From contig KE561347.1 of the NCBI GenBank assembly GCA_000442015.1, positions 45,489-65,488 on the forward strand: 20,000 nucleotides of DNA. The letters are read 5' to 3'. The notes under the pieces were generated by a model that was not told where the DNA came from, did not search any database, and saw only the letters and a program-made list of their open reading frames with translations. Source of the DNA: Rozella allomycis CSF55 (Eukaryota). Each line of letters starts with the position of its first letter. Within the stretch, counting starts at the first letter, position 1. This document shows, in pieces, positions 1-11,215 of this stretch. The translations under genes were made by a program, and so were the position numbers.

Positions 1-568
1 AGGGGCCGTTCTTATGTGTTCGGCTCTGAACCTTGGCAATTGTTCATATTTGGTAGGTAAATGTGCGTTACGAATCTTTTTTCCAAATGGCCACCTAAAT
101 AAATTCTACAAGAGCAAATTACAATGCAAATAATGAAAGTCTCAAATTTTGTATAGCTGTACCAATCCCGATAATAGTAATGAATTGAATCATAGCGGTG
201 ACAGCGTGCATCAAAGCTATCGGTATTCCAATGACTATCAGCCAGATGACATTCGCAACAATAGTGTATGGATGCATGGGATTTGTTCTTGGGTTGGAGT
301 GTACGTCAAGTTGAACCAGCTCAGAATACGGTTCGCGCCCGATCGGCTGAAAAGCAAACGTCGCAAACTTTAGAGCTTGAATGCCTAGCGGGATAAATAT
401 TATAGTTGCAAACATTAGCAAGGCACCCATCAAGTACATGAGAAACAGCATCCATCCACCTAAGAATATCCAAATCAATTTGCGAATGTTCAAAATAAAT
501 GGCTGGTTTTGCCAGATAGTATACCTTTCGTAGAGTGTTGGCTTTAATGTGGTCGGTGCAACTGACAT
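1..568 (-). CDS. YccF-domain membrane protein with two tandem YccF repeats; 3' end lies outside the window
   Basis: Repeats LIWIFLGGW...TIIFIPLGIQALKFATFAFQPIG and NVIWLIVIGIP...TIIGIGTAIQNLRLSLFALWPFG. Removing the 28-nt GT-AG intron at 95-122 restores the conserved LWPFG, and the frame stays open to position 1. Confidence 0.85.
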
Positions 569-927
569 GGTCTTTGATCGTTCTTGAGATCCGATTTATT
601 ATCAATAACTGAGATATCATTGATTCAATGCAAGGAGCATAATTTTGAACTGTATCTATGATGATCATTAGATTCTAAATACTCACATATAATAGGTGAA
701 AAATGAGTTATTATTGTTTAGCCCCAGAGTCTTGGGTCGAGTCCAGACCATTCCATATCAATTTCTGACAGGCAACCATTAAACATATAGAATCACATCA
801 CTTTCTTTTGCAAATAATCCGTTTAAGTTATATCTAGTTAGTAGTTCTTAACTTATAGTACCGGTTTTAGTTTTTGAAGGTGGTCATTTAGGATCATCGA
901 GACTTGAAATTTACCAAATTGTCACAA

Positions 928-3900
928 ATGGAAATGGAGTTTCCAGTGCACGGACTGATGCCCAAGCAAGTACAAAAAATCCAACGATAAAATAGGAAAC
1001 GGAAGCATCAAACTTTGTCAAAAAGCACGCTACGTGGGACGGCCGAGGTATTATTGTTGCGATTTTAGATACGGGTGTTGATCCTGGAGCAGCTGGCTTG
1101 CAAGTAAAAATGAAATATATTAATAAGTAGAAAACAAGTGATGGGAAGCGCAAGTTGCTTGATGTGATTGATTGTTGTGGGAGCGGAGATGTTGTTTTGA
1201 GTGAGCCATTGAAGGTGGACGGAGAGATGAAGGTTGAGGGGTTGGCTGGATATAGATTGAGGTTGAATAGACAGTGGAATATCAAGGATGGACTGGTGAG
1301 GGTAGGACTAAAGAGAGCGTTTGAATTGTATCCAAAGTCGTTGATTAAGAGATTGGTTGAAGATAGGAAAAAGAAAACTGAAGTTGATCATGTTAGTTAC
1401 TGTGGAAAAGTGCTGGAGGAGATTAGTGAAATGAAGAGAAAGAACTCTGATTTATCTAAAATGAATCAAGAGGAAATAATAAGATACAATGATCTGAATA
1501 CAAGATTGGATATATTGAAAGAGTTGAATAAAGAGGAAGATGTTGGCCCCTTGATTGATGTTGTTGTCTTTAATGATGGAAGTAGATGGAGGGCTGCAGT
1601 TGACATTAGCGGCACTGGAGATTTTACCAATTCCAAAGCGTATGCTGATTATTCTCTGGAACATGAATATGGGACATTTTCAAAGGATGATTGTTTGAAT
1701 TATTCCATCAAGTTTTATGATAATGGAAATGTGCTTTCAATCGTCACTAATGCGGGATCTCATGGTACCCATGTAGCAGGGATAGTTGGCGCGTATTTTG
1801 AAGATAACTTGGAGTTGAATGGAGTTGCTCCTGGATGTCAAATGATTAGCTTGAAAATTGGGGAAACCAGATTGGGGTCAATGGAAACTGGAACTGGATT
1901 TTGTAACAAATAATCATTTAATTAACTTAGCACGAGCGATTAAAGCCATTGCAGATTATGAATGTGATCTAGTGAACATTAGTTACGGAGAAGCACCGAA
2001 TGTGCCAAACAAAGGTCACATTGTAGAATTGTTAAAGGAATTAAGTTTAAAGAAGAATGTTGTTATTGTAAGCTCAGCTGGAAATGGAGGTCCTGCCTTG
2101 TCAACAGTTGGCGCGCCTGGTGGTACAAGTGACACAATAATTGGAGTTGGTGCATATGTGACGCCAGCTATGATGAAGGCAGAATACGCTCTAGTTGACA
2201 AAATAAATGAAACGTCTTATACTTGGTCATCAAGAGGACCAACTGCTGATGGAGATGTGGGAGTGAGTGTTTATGCACCTGGTGCTGCAATTACAAGTGT
2301 CCCTACATGGACACTACAACCAAACCAATTAATGAATGGAACTAGCATGTCTTCACCAAACGCTTGTGGTTGTCTTTCTTTAATAATATCAGGTTTAAAA
2401 CATGAAAAAATCAATTACACGCCAATGAGCATAAAGAGAGCTATTGAAAATACAAGCAAAGCCATTAATGATGAATTCAAAGTAGGATTAATTCAAGTTG
2501 AAAAATCATTTGAATATCTAGTTAAAACTCGTTCTTTTGTTGATTCTGATGTTGATTTTCAAATTGAAATTTCGGAAACAAAAGGCCGGGGTGTTTATAT
2601 AAGGAATTGTAGAGAAGCCAATAAAGTTAATCAATATACAGTGAATGTGAATCCAGTGTTTAGAAATGACGAAGATAATAATAAAAAATATCAATTGGAT
2701 GTTAAAATGGCGATTACAAGTAGTGAACCATGGGTTACAGTGCCTGAATATTTACAGATTAATAATGGAGGAAGAAATTTTAATATAATTGTTGATGCGA
2801 GAAATATTAAAGAAGGATTAAACTTTTGCCAAGTTGAAGGATTTGACGTTTCATCACCTTGGAGGGGTCCTCTATTTAAAGTCCTTATAACTGTTTGTAA
2901 ACCAATACAGCCAAAAGAATCAAATCAATTTTCATGTTTATTTAATAATCTAAAGTTAAAGAGTGGTGATATTCAACGTTATTTTATTGAATGTCCTTTA
3001 AATTGTTCATACGCAGGTAATAACGTTTGTTCTATTAGAAAGATATTGACTTGAAAGCTGAGAATGTTGAAAAAACAACGAAATTTGTTATTCATACATT
3101 GCAAATACTTCCAGAGACTAGATACTCGAATAGTGAGGATCAATTTTATGTTAATATTGGACCAAATGAAGTTTTTAAAAAAAGAATAATTGTTCAACCA
3201 GGTGTGGTCATGGAAGCGACTGTGGCGCCATTTTGGTCTAGCGGGCTAACTTCTGAAATTTCTTTCAATGTTTCATTTGGCGGGCTCTCTCCAAATTCTA
3301 AATTTATTTTATCTCAAGCAAATAATTTTGCTAAATTTGAAATGTCAAGTTTAAATAAATCAATAGCATCACCATCTGGTTCATTTGATTGCTATAACAA
3401 GACGTTAAAGCCAAGTGAATATTCAATAAATGTGTTGAGTGAAAGAGATAATCTCATTACAGGAAAGGCAATGAATGAATTAGTTTTAACGTATAAATTC
3501 AAAGTAGCTAATAGTTGTTCGATTACACCTTCAGTACCATTGTTTAATGATTATTTGTATGATTCTCCATTTAATAGCGTTGTTTCTATATTATTTGATA
3601 AAAATAAAAAATATTTAACGTTTGGTGACATTTATCCCAAAAAGACAAAAGTAGACCCTGGTCAGTACATATTTAAGCTTCAATTGAGGCACGAATCGTT
3701 TGAATTTCTTGAATCATTTTCTAATTTAGTTTTAAATGTTTCTTTTACTTTATCCAAAGAAGTTCCAATTGAATGCTACAAATCTCTGCCTGATTTGATT
3801 AACAAGACAAAGTTTGGTTCAGCAACTGTAAAGCCAGAGTATCCAATATCTTTATTCATTGGCACGCTAGTTGAAGATTTAAACGATGAAGTTCAACCAG

Positions 3901-4715
3901 GAGACTTTCTTTCTGGTTCAATTTACTTGGAAAAGAAGCAAGATGCCAGACCAAAACCATTTCCAGTGCAATTATACCTGTCGTGTCCTGTAAAGAAGGC
4001 TGATAAGAGTATTTCAATGAAGCCTTCGGATGACAAGAATGAATTTGATAAATTGAATGAAAGTCTTTTGGAATCCAAGATTTCTGCATTAAGCAAATTA
4101 AGTGAAGATCAATTTAAAGAAATTATTTCAAATCTAAGGGAAAAGGAATCAAGTTCTCCTGTATTTCTATTGGCTCTTTTGAAGAGATTGGATAATGCAG
4201 AAAATCGCAAGAATGAGCCGCTTAAAATTGTTAACGCTGCAGATAAAATTATTTCGTCTATCGATGCTTCTGCGTTAACTGAACATTTCGGAATTAAGAA
4301 GCAATCGTTTGATAAAGAATTTGTTAAAAGAAATGCAGAGTTTAATAAACTTAAAGACTATCTTGTTGAATCTCTTGTAAGAAAAGCAAGATCCCAAATT
4401 TCTATTTCAGTAGAAGAAGTTTCAAAAACTTTAAAAGAATTGGGCAAATGGGTTGATGTTGCTGAACATTCCGACGCTCTTGTTCCATTCGTTTGGGTCG
4501 AGAGACAAAATAAAAGGTATGGCAATGCTATTAAAGCTATCAATAAATGTATCAGTGCTGTTAAATCTAAAGAATCTTCTGATTTGATTCCTTTGGAAAA
4601 AGAACTTTATGAACTTCGTTTGGAAGTGTTGGAGCAACTTGGATGGAAGGCCTTGGCTGACAATGAACGTAGATGGAATGTTCTTAGATTTCCTAAAGAA
4701 TTTATGGGATTTTAA
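928..4715 (+). CDS. TPP2: Tripeptidyl-peptidase II (subtilase S8)
   Basis: Exons 928-969, 996-1103, 1131-1902, 1931-3016, 3043-4715. N-terminus [33 protein letters not shown]; catalytic motifs ILDTG, HGTHVAG and [13 protein letters not shown] motifs LGSMETGTG and YTWSSRGP. Confidence 0.97.
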
Positions 4716-4780
4716 TAAATGTTTTTAGAATATAATATTTTTTTTTATTGATTGATATTGTTCATTACTTTTACTTTCAA

Positions 4781-5061
4781 AGGCGTCAGCGTAGCTATTT
4801 GAAGAATTAAGGTACTACATCTTTGTCAAATATCTAAGTTGATGCGAGAACTTTTCGGAACGCAAATAGGGGCTAAGGAATTCTTTCGAGTTTTAATAGC
4901 AAATAAAGATAAAGATTGATNAGGCGTCAGCGTAGCTATTTGAAAAAGTAAGGTACTACAGCATTTTCAAATATCAAAGTTGATGTGAGAACTTTTCGGA
5001 ACGCAAGTAGAGGCTAAGGAATTCTTTCGAGTTTTAATAGCAAATAAAGATAAAGATTGAT
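4781..5061. repeat. 140-bp diverged duplication across scaffold N at 4921
   Basis: 4781-4920 and 4922-5061 are colinear, with about 9 substitutions and no indels. Confidence 0.9.
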
Positions 5062-5083
5062 TACTCGTTCATCACACACTAGT

Positions 5084-5560
5084 TTATTTATTAGCTAGGG
5101 ATTCCAAAGCCGTAATAGTTTGAATTAATTCTTCGCGCACTAGTTGTAACTCTTCTTTATTTTTCAATTCGACAGTTTTTCCAATCAAAAGCTGAACAAG
5201 TTCTTCGTCTGTTATGCCTTCTCTAAATTGAAGATCAAGATATTTATTGGTCGTGAAATCTCCTACATTTTCCTTGAGAGCGTCTAGTCCTTAAAAGATT
5301 AATTCATTACGCAAATATGGATTTTTGAGAGCACTGCTGGGAAATAGCATCATGTCACCTGAGAAATGAAAGAATGGGCTCAATTCAAAAGTTATTAATC
5401 GCAAGCCGTACTCAAGTCTTGCCAATTTCTTTGCTATAATCTCAGGCTCACTTAGGTTTGTTAACGACTGATTGGGATTCGAGGGCATTGGTCGTGCTGA
5501 CAAAAAGGAAACCATGATAAATGTAATAAAGGTTTGCAGAAAGAAAGAGGTGAATTTCAT
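5084..5560 (-). CDS. Orphan small secreted protein (about 151 aa)
   Basis: Signal-peptide-like start MKFTSFFLQTFITFIMVSFLSA-RP. A putative 21-nt intron at 5290-5310 (GTAATGAATTAATCTTTTAAG) removes an in-frame TAA, and the frame continues RLDALKENV...ALESLANK* to 5084. Confidence 0.7.
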
Positions 5561-5674
5561 AGGTCTTAATTTTAAATTCCTTTAATTTCTTCGTCTCAGT
5601 TTTGCTTCCAATGACAGGGATAGATGTAAACATGTCAATGCGCCGCAAATGTCAATCAAGTTAACCAAAAAATA

Positions 5675-8600
5675 TCAAAATTCATACCATTTTTTATTTT
5701 CTTCCTTTTCTCTCAATTGTTTGGCCAAATCAAGAAATGATTTCGCATTTTCAGCCATATCCTCTGTCTTCTTGTCCAGATTTGACAATTTCTCGCCTCT
5801 TTCCAATGCCGCCTTTATTAATTGATAAAAATTTAAATACATTTCCAAGGTCGGTAAAAACAGAATTGGAAGCAGAAGATTCAATGTTTACTTTGGAAAT
5901 GGAAGAAGACCGTGAATTGTCTATTCGAGCTCCGGATACTTTAATTTTGAAAACTATGTTTTACATAATTCTTCTAAATCTTTCATTGATGTGCCTTTTC
6001 TTAACTGAATTTCTGGAATCTTTAAATCTTCATTGTAAAGCAACACTGAAGGCCTATTTCGCAAATTATTGGTTCATTACCCATTACGAGGATTGAAGGT
6101 TAATTCACAGACATTATTTTCGATTATAACATAATCAGAAGACAAGAGTTTAACATTTCCAGATGACTGAAAAGTAATCAGCTCACATTTGGGAAGGGAA
6201 TAAACAGAAAAAGCACTTGTTGAATTTGTAGCTAAAACTAATCCATGATCTGTAGAAATAATNTAAATTATTAATTAATTACCCATGACGAGGATTGAAT
6301 GCTAATTCACAGACATTATTTTCGATAATAACATAATCAGAAGACAAGAGTTTAACATTTCCAGATGATTCAAATGTAATCTGCTCACATTTGGGAAGGG
6401 AATAAACAGAAAATGCACTTGTTGAATTTGTAGCTAGAACTAATCCATGATCTGTAGAAACAATTTCAGCTTGAAGTAACATTTCTTTTTTAAATTTCCT
6501 GTGAATTAATTGCGAGATGCTTGGCGGCTCATGATTTATTAACTTATCGATTTCATAAACGTAGTAATCACTTTTAGTAGTGAGAATAAGAAATATCTTG
6601 TCAAGTTCTTTAATGGATTTAGATGAAACGCTCCTTTTTGGTAAACTTGGCATACTATTTTCATTGTCAGCATCATTGTTAGAGTCGTTATCATGGTCAA
6701 GAGAGTTATTTTGAAGTAATTCAATATCATTATTAATATTGTGTTTTACCATTTGCCCAATGCCTAGTGTCTAATTCTAGAGTCTTTCCAACTTGATTGC
6801 AAGTATGAAGCAATAATATTTCTTCCTTTAACGAAAATGAGTAAACTATTCAATAAAAAAATAAAATATACCTTGTATAAACACACCTTCTTTGAGAATG
6901 TAAAACAAAACTCTCCCAGTACTTGTTCCAATAATGAATACCATTTGAGATTCATATTCATAGCAAGCAGAACTACTCAAATGTTCATCAGGCATAAGAC
7001 CATTAGGTTCTGATAGATGAAGTAATAGGTTATTAGAGTAATCAAAAGCAACTAAACTGGCTTCTTTTGACTCCAACACCATACTATTATTTAGGGTATA
7101 ATAAAGTTACTAATTCCCATTTAATCTTAGACTCGCCCTATTTACCAATAAGTTTGAAATTTTAAACTTTAGCTGAAAGCCCGGAGATGTGCAATTTTCG
7201 AGATAGTCCAGAGTGACATTACTACAAACAGATAATGCAGTAACTTTATCTATTGAATCTCTATTAACAAAAGAAAACTCGTAAATATAAAAGAATTCTG
7301 CTGTTTGAACAATAATGATCCTCGGCTTCGGATAAAATTGGTGGTCCAATATTTTCTCATTAACATCCAATGAAAATAACTCCAGATAGGATATTTTGGG
7401 AGTGTAAACCTGTAATCGACTTTTATTATTGATAAAACAAAGATCTGCATCGATAAATGGTTTAAATGGCTCTGGATACATGCTAAACTTTGAGGTGGGG
7501 CTTTCAAAACAACTTATAATATCATCTATTAGGTTTTCATCTAAATTCTTATAAATTTTAACGTTTGAATCTGGCAGTATCGGATTTAGAGAATAGGGGA
7601 GCGGTATAAAGGGGAAGTGCTGATGGGAAACGTCTATAGCCTCAAGATTATTTTCTCCACAAACTGTTAGCATTTCAACATAATTATCTGAAGTAGAAAT
7701 CGTAATAATATTATAAACTTTAAAAGAAACGTCNAATTAGCATTTCGACATAGTTATCTGAATTAGAAATCGGAATAATATTATAAACTTTAAAAGAAAC
7801 GTCAATGTACTGCAATTGAGTAATATCCTTAAAGTTATCTTTTTGAAATTGCAATATTTGTATTCCTTTGTCAAAATCTTTTGAACACCCACCAGAAATT
7901 ATGATAATTGTAGTGTTCATAGTTGATTTGGCCCATTTCATATTTGAAAATTCAATTACAGTTTCTCCTTTGAACGCAGACATTCTTTCTTCAGCTGTAA
8001 TTTTTGCGTAAACTTTTAATGAAGAACTTTTGTAAATAATTATTTCTCCATCTTCACATCCCAGTGCAATATAATCCCCTGATGGATGCCAACATGCGAC
8101 TTGCGCCCTTTTATCCACGATTGTACTGCAATGAAGCTTACTTTTTCTGATATCCAAAATCCCGATAAAGCCATTGGCATGTACGAAAAGTAATAGTGAT
8201 GGATCAGAAGGGTTGAACATCTGAATTAAAATATCTGATTCATTGTAATATTGAAAAGAAGCACTTGACCAAATTCCATTTTGCACATTCAACAATCTAA
8301 TAGAATCTTTAAAGCTCACAAACAACCATTTTGATAAATTTGGTATCGCAGCTTCTAAAATATTCGATTGATTTGAAATGATATGCAGAATTCCTTTCTG
8401 CGCAATGCTCTTTTGATAATCAGATTTTACAATGGTCCTCGTTTTAATATTTTCATGATTTAAGTTCCATATATAAATAGTATTTTGATTATTTATCGCT
8501 GCGATTCTTCCATGCCCCTCCTCGAACACCAGTCTGACAATGGGATGAACTGATTCTTCATGCTCCAAAATACAGAATTCATTTCTCCCTACAAATATTT

Positions 8601-8813
8601 TGCCATCATTAAACCCAAATGCTAGTAATTTTTGTATAGGGTCACTCGACACGCTAGTAATTCTCTCGCAAGGAAAATGATTTCCAACCTATATATTTCA
8701 ACTAAATAACTTACATATCTACAAAATAATTCTTTTCCTTGGCATTTTGTAAAGTCTGCATTTTTCAGAATTGATGAATCTTGAGTCAAGGCATCTAGTA
8801 TTTTGTTAAACAT
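5675..8813 (-). CDS. STXBP5: Tomosyn / Lgl / Sro7-family WD40 protein with C-terminal R-SNARE motif
   Basis: N-terminal DPIQKLLAFG motif, WD40 repeats (ACWHPSGDYIALGCEDGEIIIY) and C-terminus AALERGEKLSNLDKKTEDMAENAKSFLDLAKQL...KKWYEF*. Introns 8689-8714, 7084-7110, 6846-6871, about 6722-6749 (non-canonical), 6054-6080, 5939-5964 and 5813-5840. Interrupted by N-joins with duplications at 7734 and 6263. Confidence 0.9.
6062..6464. repeat. About 200-bp diverged duplication of a tomosyn exon end across N at 6263
   Basis: 6062-6262 matches 6264-6464. Both copies keep an open frame (…ELTFNPRNG vs …ELAFNPRHG) and both have a GTAAT donor. Confidence 0.9.
7667..7803. repeat. 67-bp diverged duplication across N at 7734
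   Basis: 7667-7733 matches 7737-7803 with a few substitutions. Confidence 0.88.
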
Positions 8814-8941
8814 AGGTGGCTAAGCAGTATCCAGGTTGAAATCTTTATTGTTTTTTCATTACTTGACATTCAAATTAGATGAGGTCTAAATTTAGCTCAC
8901 ATGAAAATTCACGGCAAAAATAATACCCTGGCCTAAGACTA

Positions 8942-10037
8942 ATGCTAGGAAAATTTTTGTGCAGTTTACTGCGTAAAGTTAATGAAAAGCCATCTAAAGT
9001 ATATGGCAAGGAAGAAACTCTAGCAAATCATCAGCTACATCGAAAGAATGAGATTTTGGCAACTTCTTTCGCTGCTGAAATACCCAGAACCATCACAGAA
9101 GGCGGTCTTGGAATTTCGGAAAAATTAAACCTTAACCCGATTAGGAAATTCAAAAAATCATCTATTATTTTGGAAGGAGAGAGAAGCGCGGGCTTTGTTA
9201 ATATAACTTTTGGAAAATCTTCTTGCACTATAAATCCCGTGGGTGCAACAATCGTTGATTATTCAGTCGACGGAGTTCCTGTCTTGGGAATTTATAAAGA
9301 AAGGGAAATTCTAAACTCCGAACATGTTAATGGAGGCATTCCAATTATTTTCCGTAATCAAAATAGTACACTTTTATTTAGCATTTGGAACGAGGCCCGG
9401 CGAGGATATTTCCAGTGGGCAATTGTGGATTTGGGATGAGAAAGTTTTGGAAAATTCAAATTTTACTGAAACATCTTTTATATTATGCGATAATGAATCG
9501 ACAAGGTCAATTTGGCCACATTCTTTTAAGCTTACATACACTGTTATGTTATACGAAAACGTGTTGAAAACGAGAATATACGTTGAGAATATGTCTTTGC
9601 AAACTTTTGATTTCACGATTCTATTTCATAATTACTTAAATTTATATTTTACCCAATTTGCAGCATTAGAAGGTGTGAAAGGGGCGTTATTTAATGAGTT
9701 TGGTCTCGATTATGAAGAAGTAAAAGACTGTAGGCCCAGCGTATTTGTGCAACGTGAAATTGATAGGATATACTGGGACATTAAGAGGCCATTAAAATTA
9801 AATTATGATCTTGGATATGTGAATATTACATTGCAGGGTTTTCCCGATATAAGTCTGTGGAATCCTGCAATTCAAGATCATCATTATCAAGACAAAAAAG
9901 AAGTAATATATCTAAGACTTTTTGAGTAGTTTAAAAAAATGATTTGCGTTATTCCAGGAAACTTTACGAAACCTAGCGTTCTCGAACCAGCTGGTAAATG
10001 GCAAGGTGAACAAATTTTGAACCCCGTATTCCAATAA
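8942..10037 (+). CDS. Aldose 1-epimerase superfamily, D-hexose-6-phosphate mutarotase-like; probable pseudo-enzyme with N-terminal extension
   Basis: Exons 8942-9353, 9382-9902, 9930-10037. Motifs GATIVDY, GGIPIIFPFG, TRSIWPHSFKLTYTV, FHNYL, EIDRIY, GFPDISLWNP, MICV, LEPAGKWQGEQ. Confidence 0.88.
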
Positions 10038-10098
10038 ATTCAGCTTTTTGATCTGAATGTAGTTTTGTTTAGTATTTCATTTCATGCGCCACATTTGA

Positions 10099-11178
10099 AT
10101 GGGCATATTTGACTCTCCGTTCGCTTGGATATGCTATTATTTCTTGGCCAACTTAGGTCTCACAATCCATAACAAATGGGTTCTAAGCCAATTACACTTT
10201 GATTTTCCGTGGCTTTTAACTGCAATCCATATTGGCGTGTCAGGTTTAGGCGCGTTTGTCACACTAATTCGTACAAAGACAATATCTGCACCTTTGAACG
10301 CTCGTGAAACTATAAAATTGGTACTGTTTAGTTTGTTATACACAATCAATATAGCAATCAGCAATGTGTCCTTAAATTACGTCAGCCTTTCATTCCATCA
10401 AATTGCAAGATCTATGACACCATTCTTTACCGTCTTAATAGAACTTTTATGGTTTACAAAGTTTCAAAAAATGGTAACATACCTCTCATTGCTTCCAGTA
10501 ATGTAATAGTTGAATCAAAAGGAGGTTGTGATAGGAGTAATATTTTCAACTATAGGTGAATCCAAAGCTATAAACTTCGACTCTTATGGATGTATTCTTA
10601 CTTTTATTGGAGTCTTTCTATCAGCATTGAAGGGAATTGCCACAAATAGAATGATGAGCGGAAATCTGAAACTACATCCGCTTGAATTGCTACATAGATT
10701 GGCACCATTAGCTTTTGTTCAATGCATAATCTATGCATATTGCTTTGGAGAGATTGATAATTTAAAGATATTTCTATTTGGAGGGTCAGATTCAATTTCC
10801 TTTGGCACGAAAAATCCACAAGAAAGAACCGTTTTATTGATGAAACTTGTTTTTAATGGACTTTTAGCGTTTTGGCTAAATTACGTTAGCTTTACTGCAA
10901 ATAAGAAAACTTCAGCCCTTAGTATGACAGTTGCGGGAAATTGCAAACAAGCATTCTCAATAATACTTGCCATTTACATTTTTGCAACCCCTGTGAGCGC
11001 CATTAGCGGTGTTGGTATTTTTATAACCTTATTAGGGGGTGCTTGGTACAGGTACTTCAAATTTGTTCCCTTGATTAGTTATCTAGCGTACTTGGAGAAG
11101 ACAAGAAAGTACAATGTCATTCCGAACGAAATACCTGAAACAAAATTTGACAATAGTGTTCAAGTTATAATAAAATGA
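10099..11178 (+). CDS. Triose-phosphate / nucleotide-sugar transporter family (SLC35E-like, DMT superfamily)
   Basis: Motifs LTIHNKWVL..FDFPWLLTAIH, NIAISNVSL..VSLSFHQIARSMTPFFTV and KKTSALSMTVAGNCKQ, with about 10 hydrophobic segments. Introns 10498-10524 (or -10521) and in-frame 11052-11078. Confidence 0.93.
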
Positions 11179-11215
11179 ATATTTCAACATTATTTTAAGC
11201 AATCACAATTCTCCG

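Noticed and set aside
824..855. 7-bp inverted repeat TAAGTTA/TAACTTA in the divergent YccF-TPP2 intergenic region
   Set aside because: Too short and AT-rich to be distinguished from chance.
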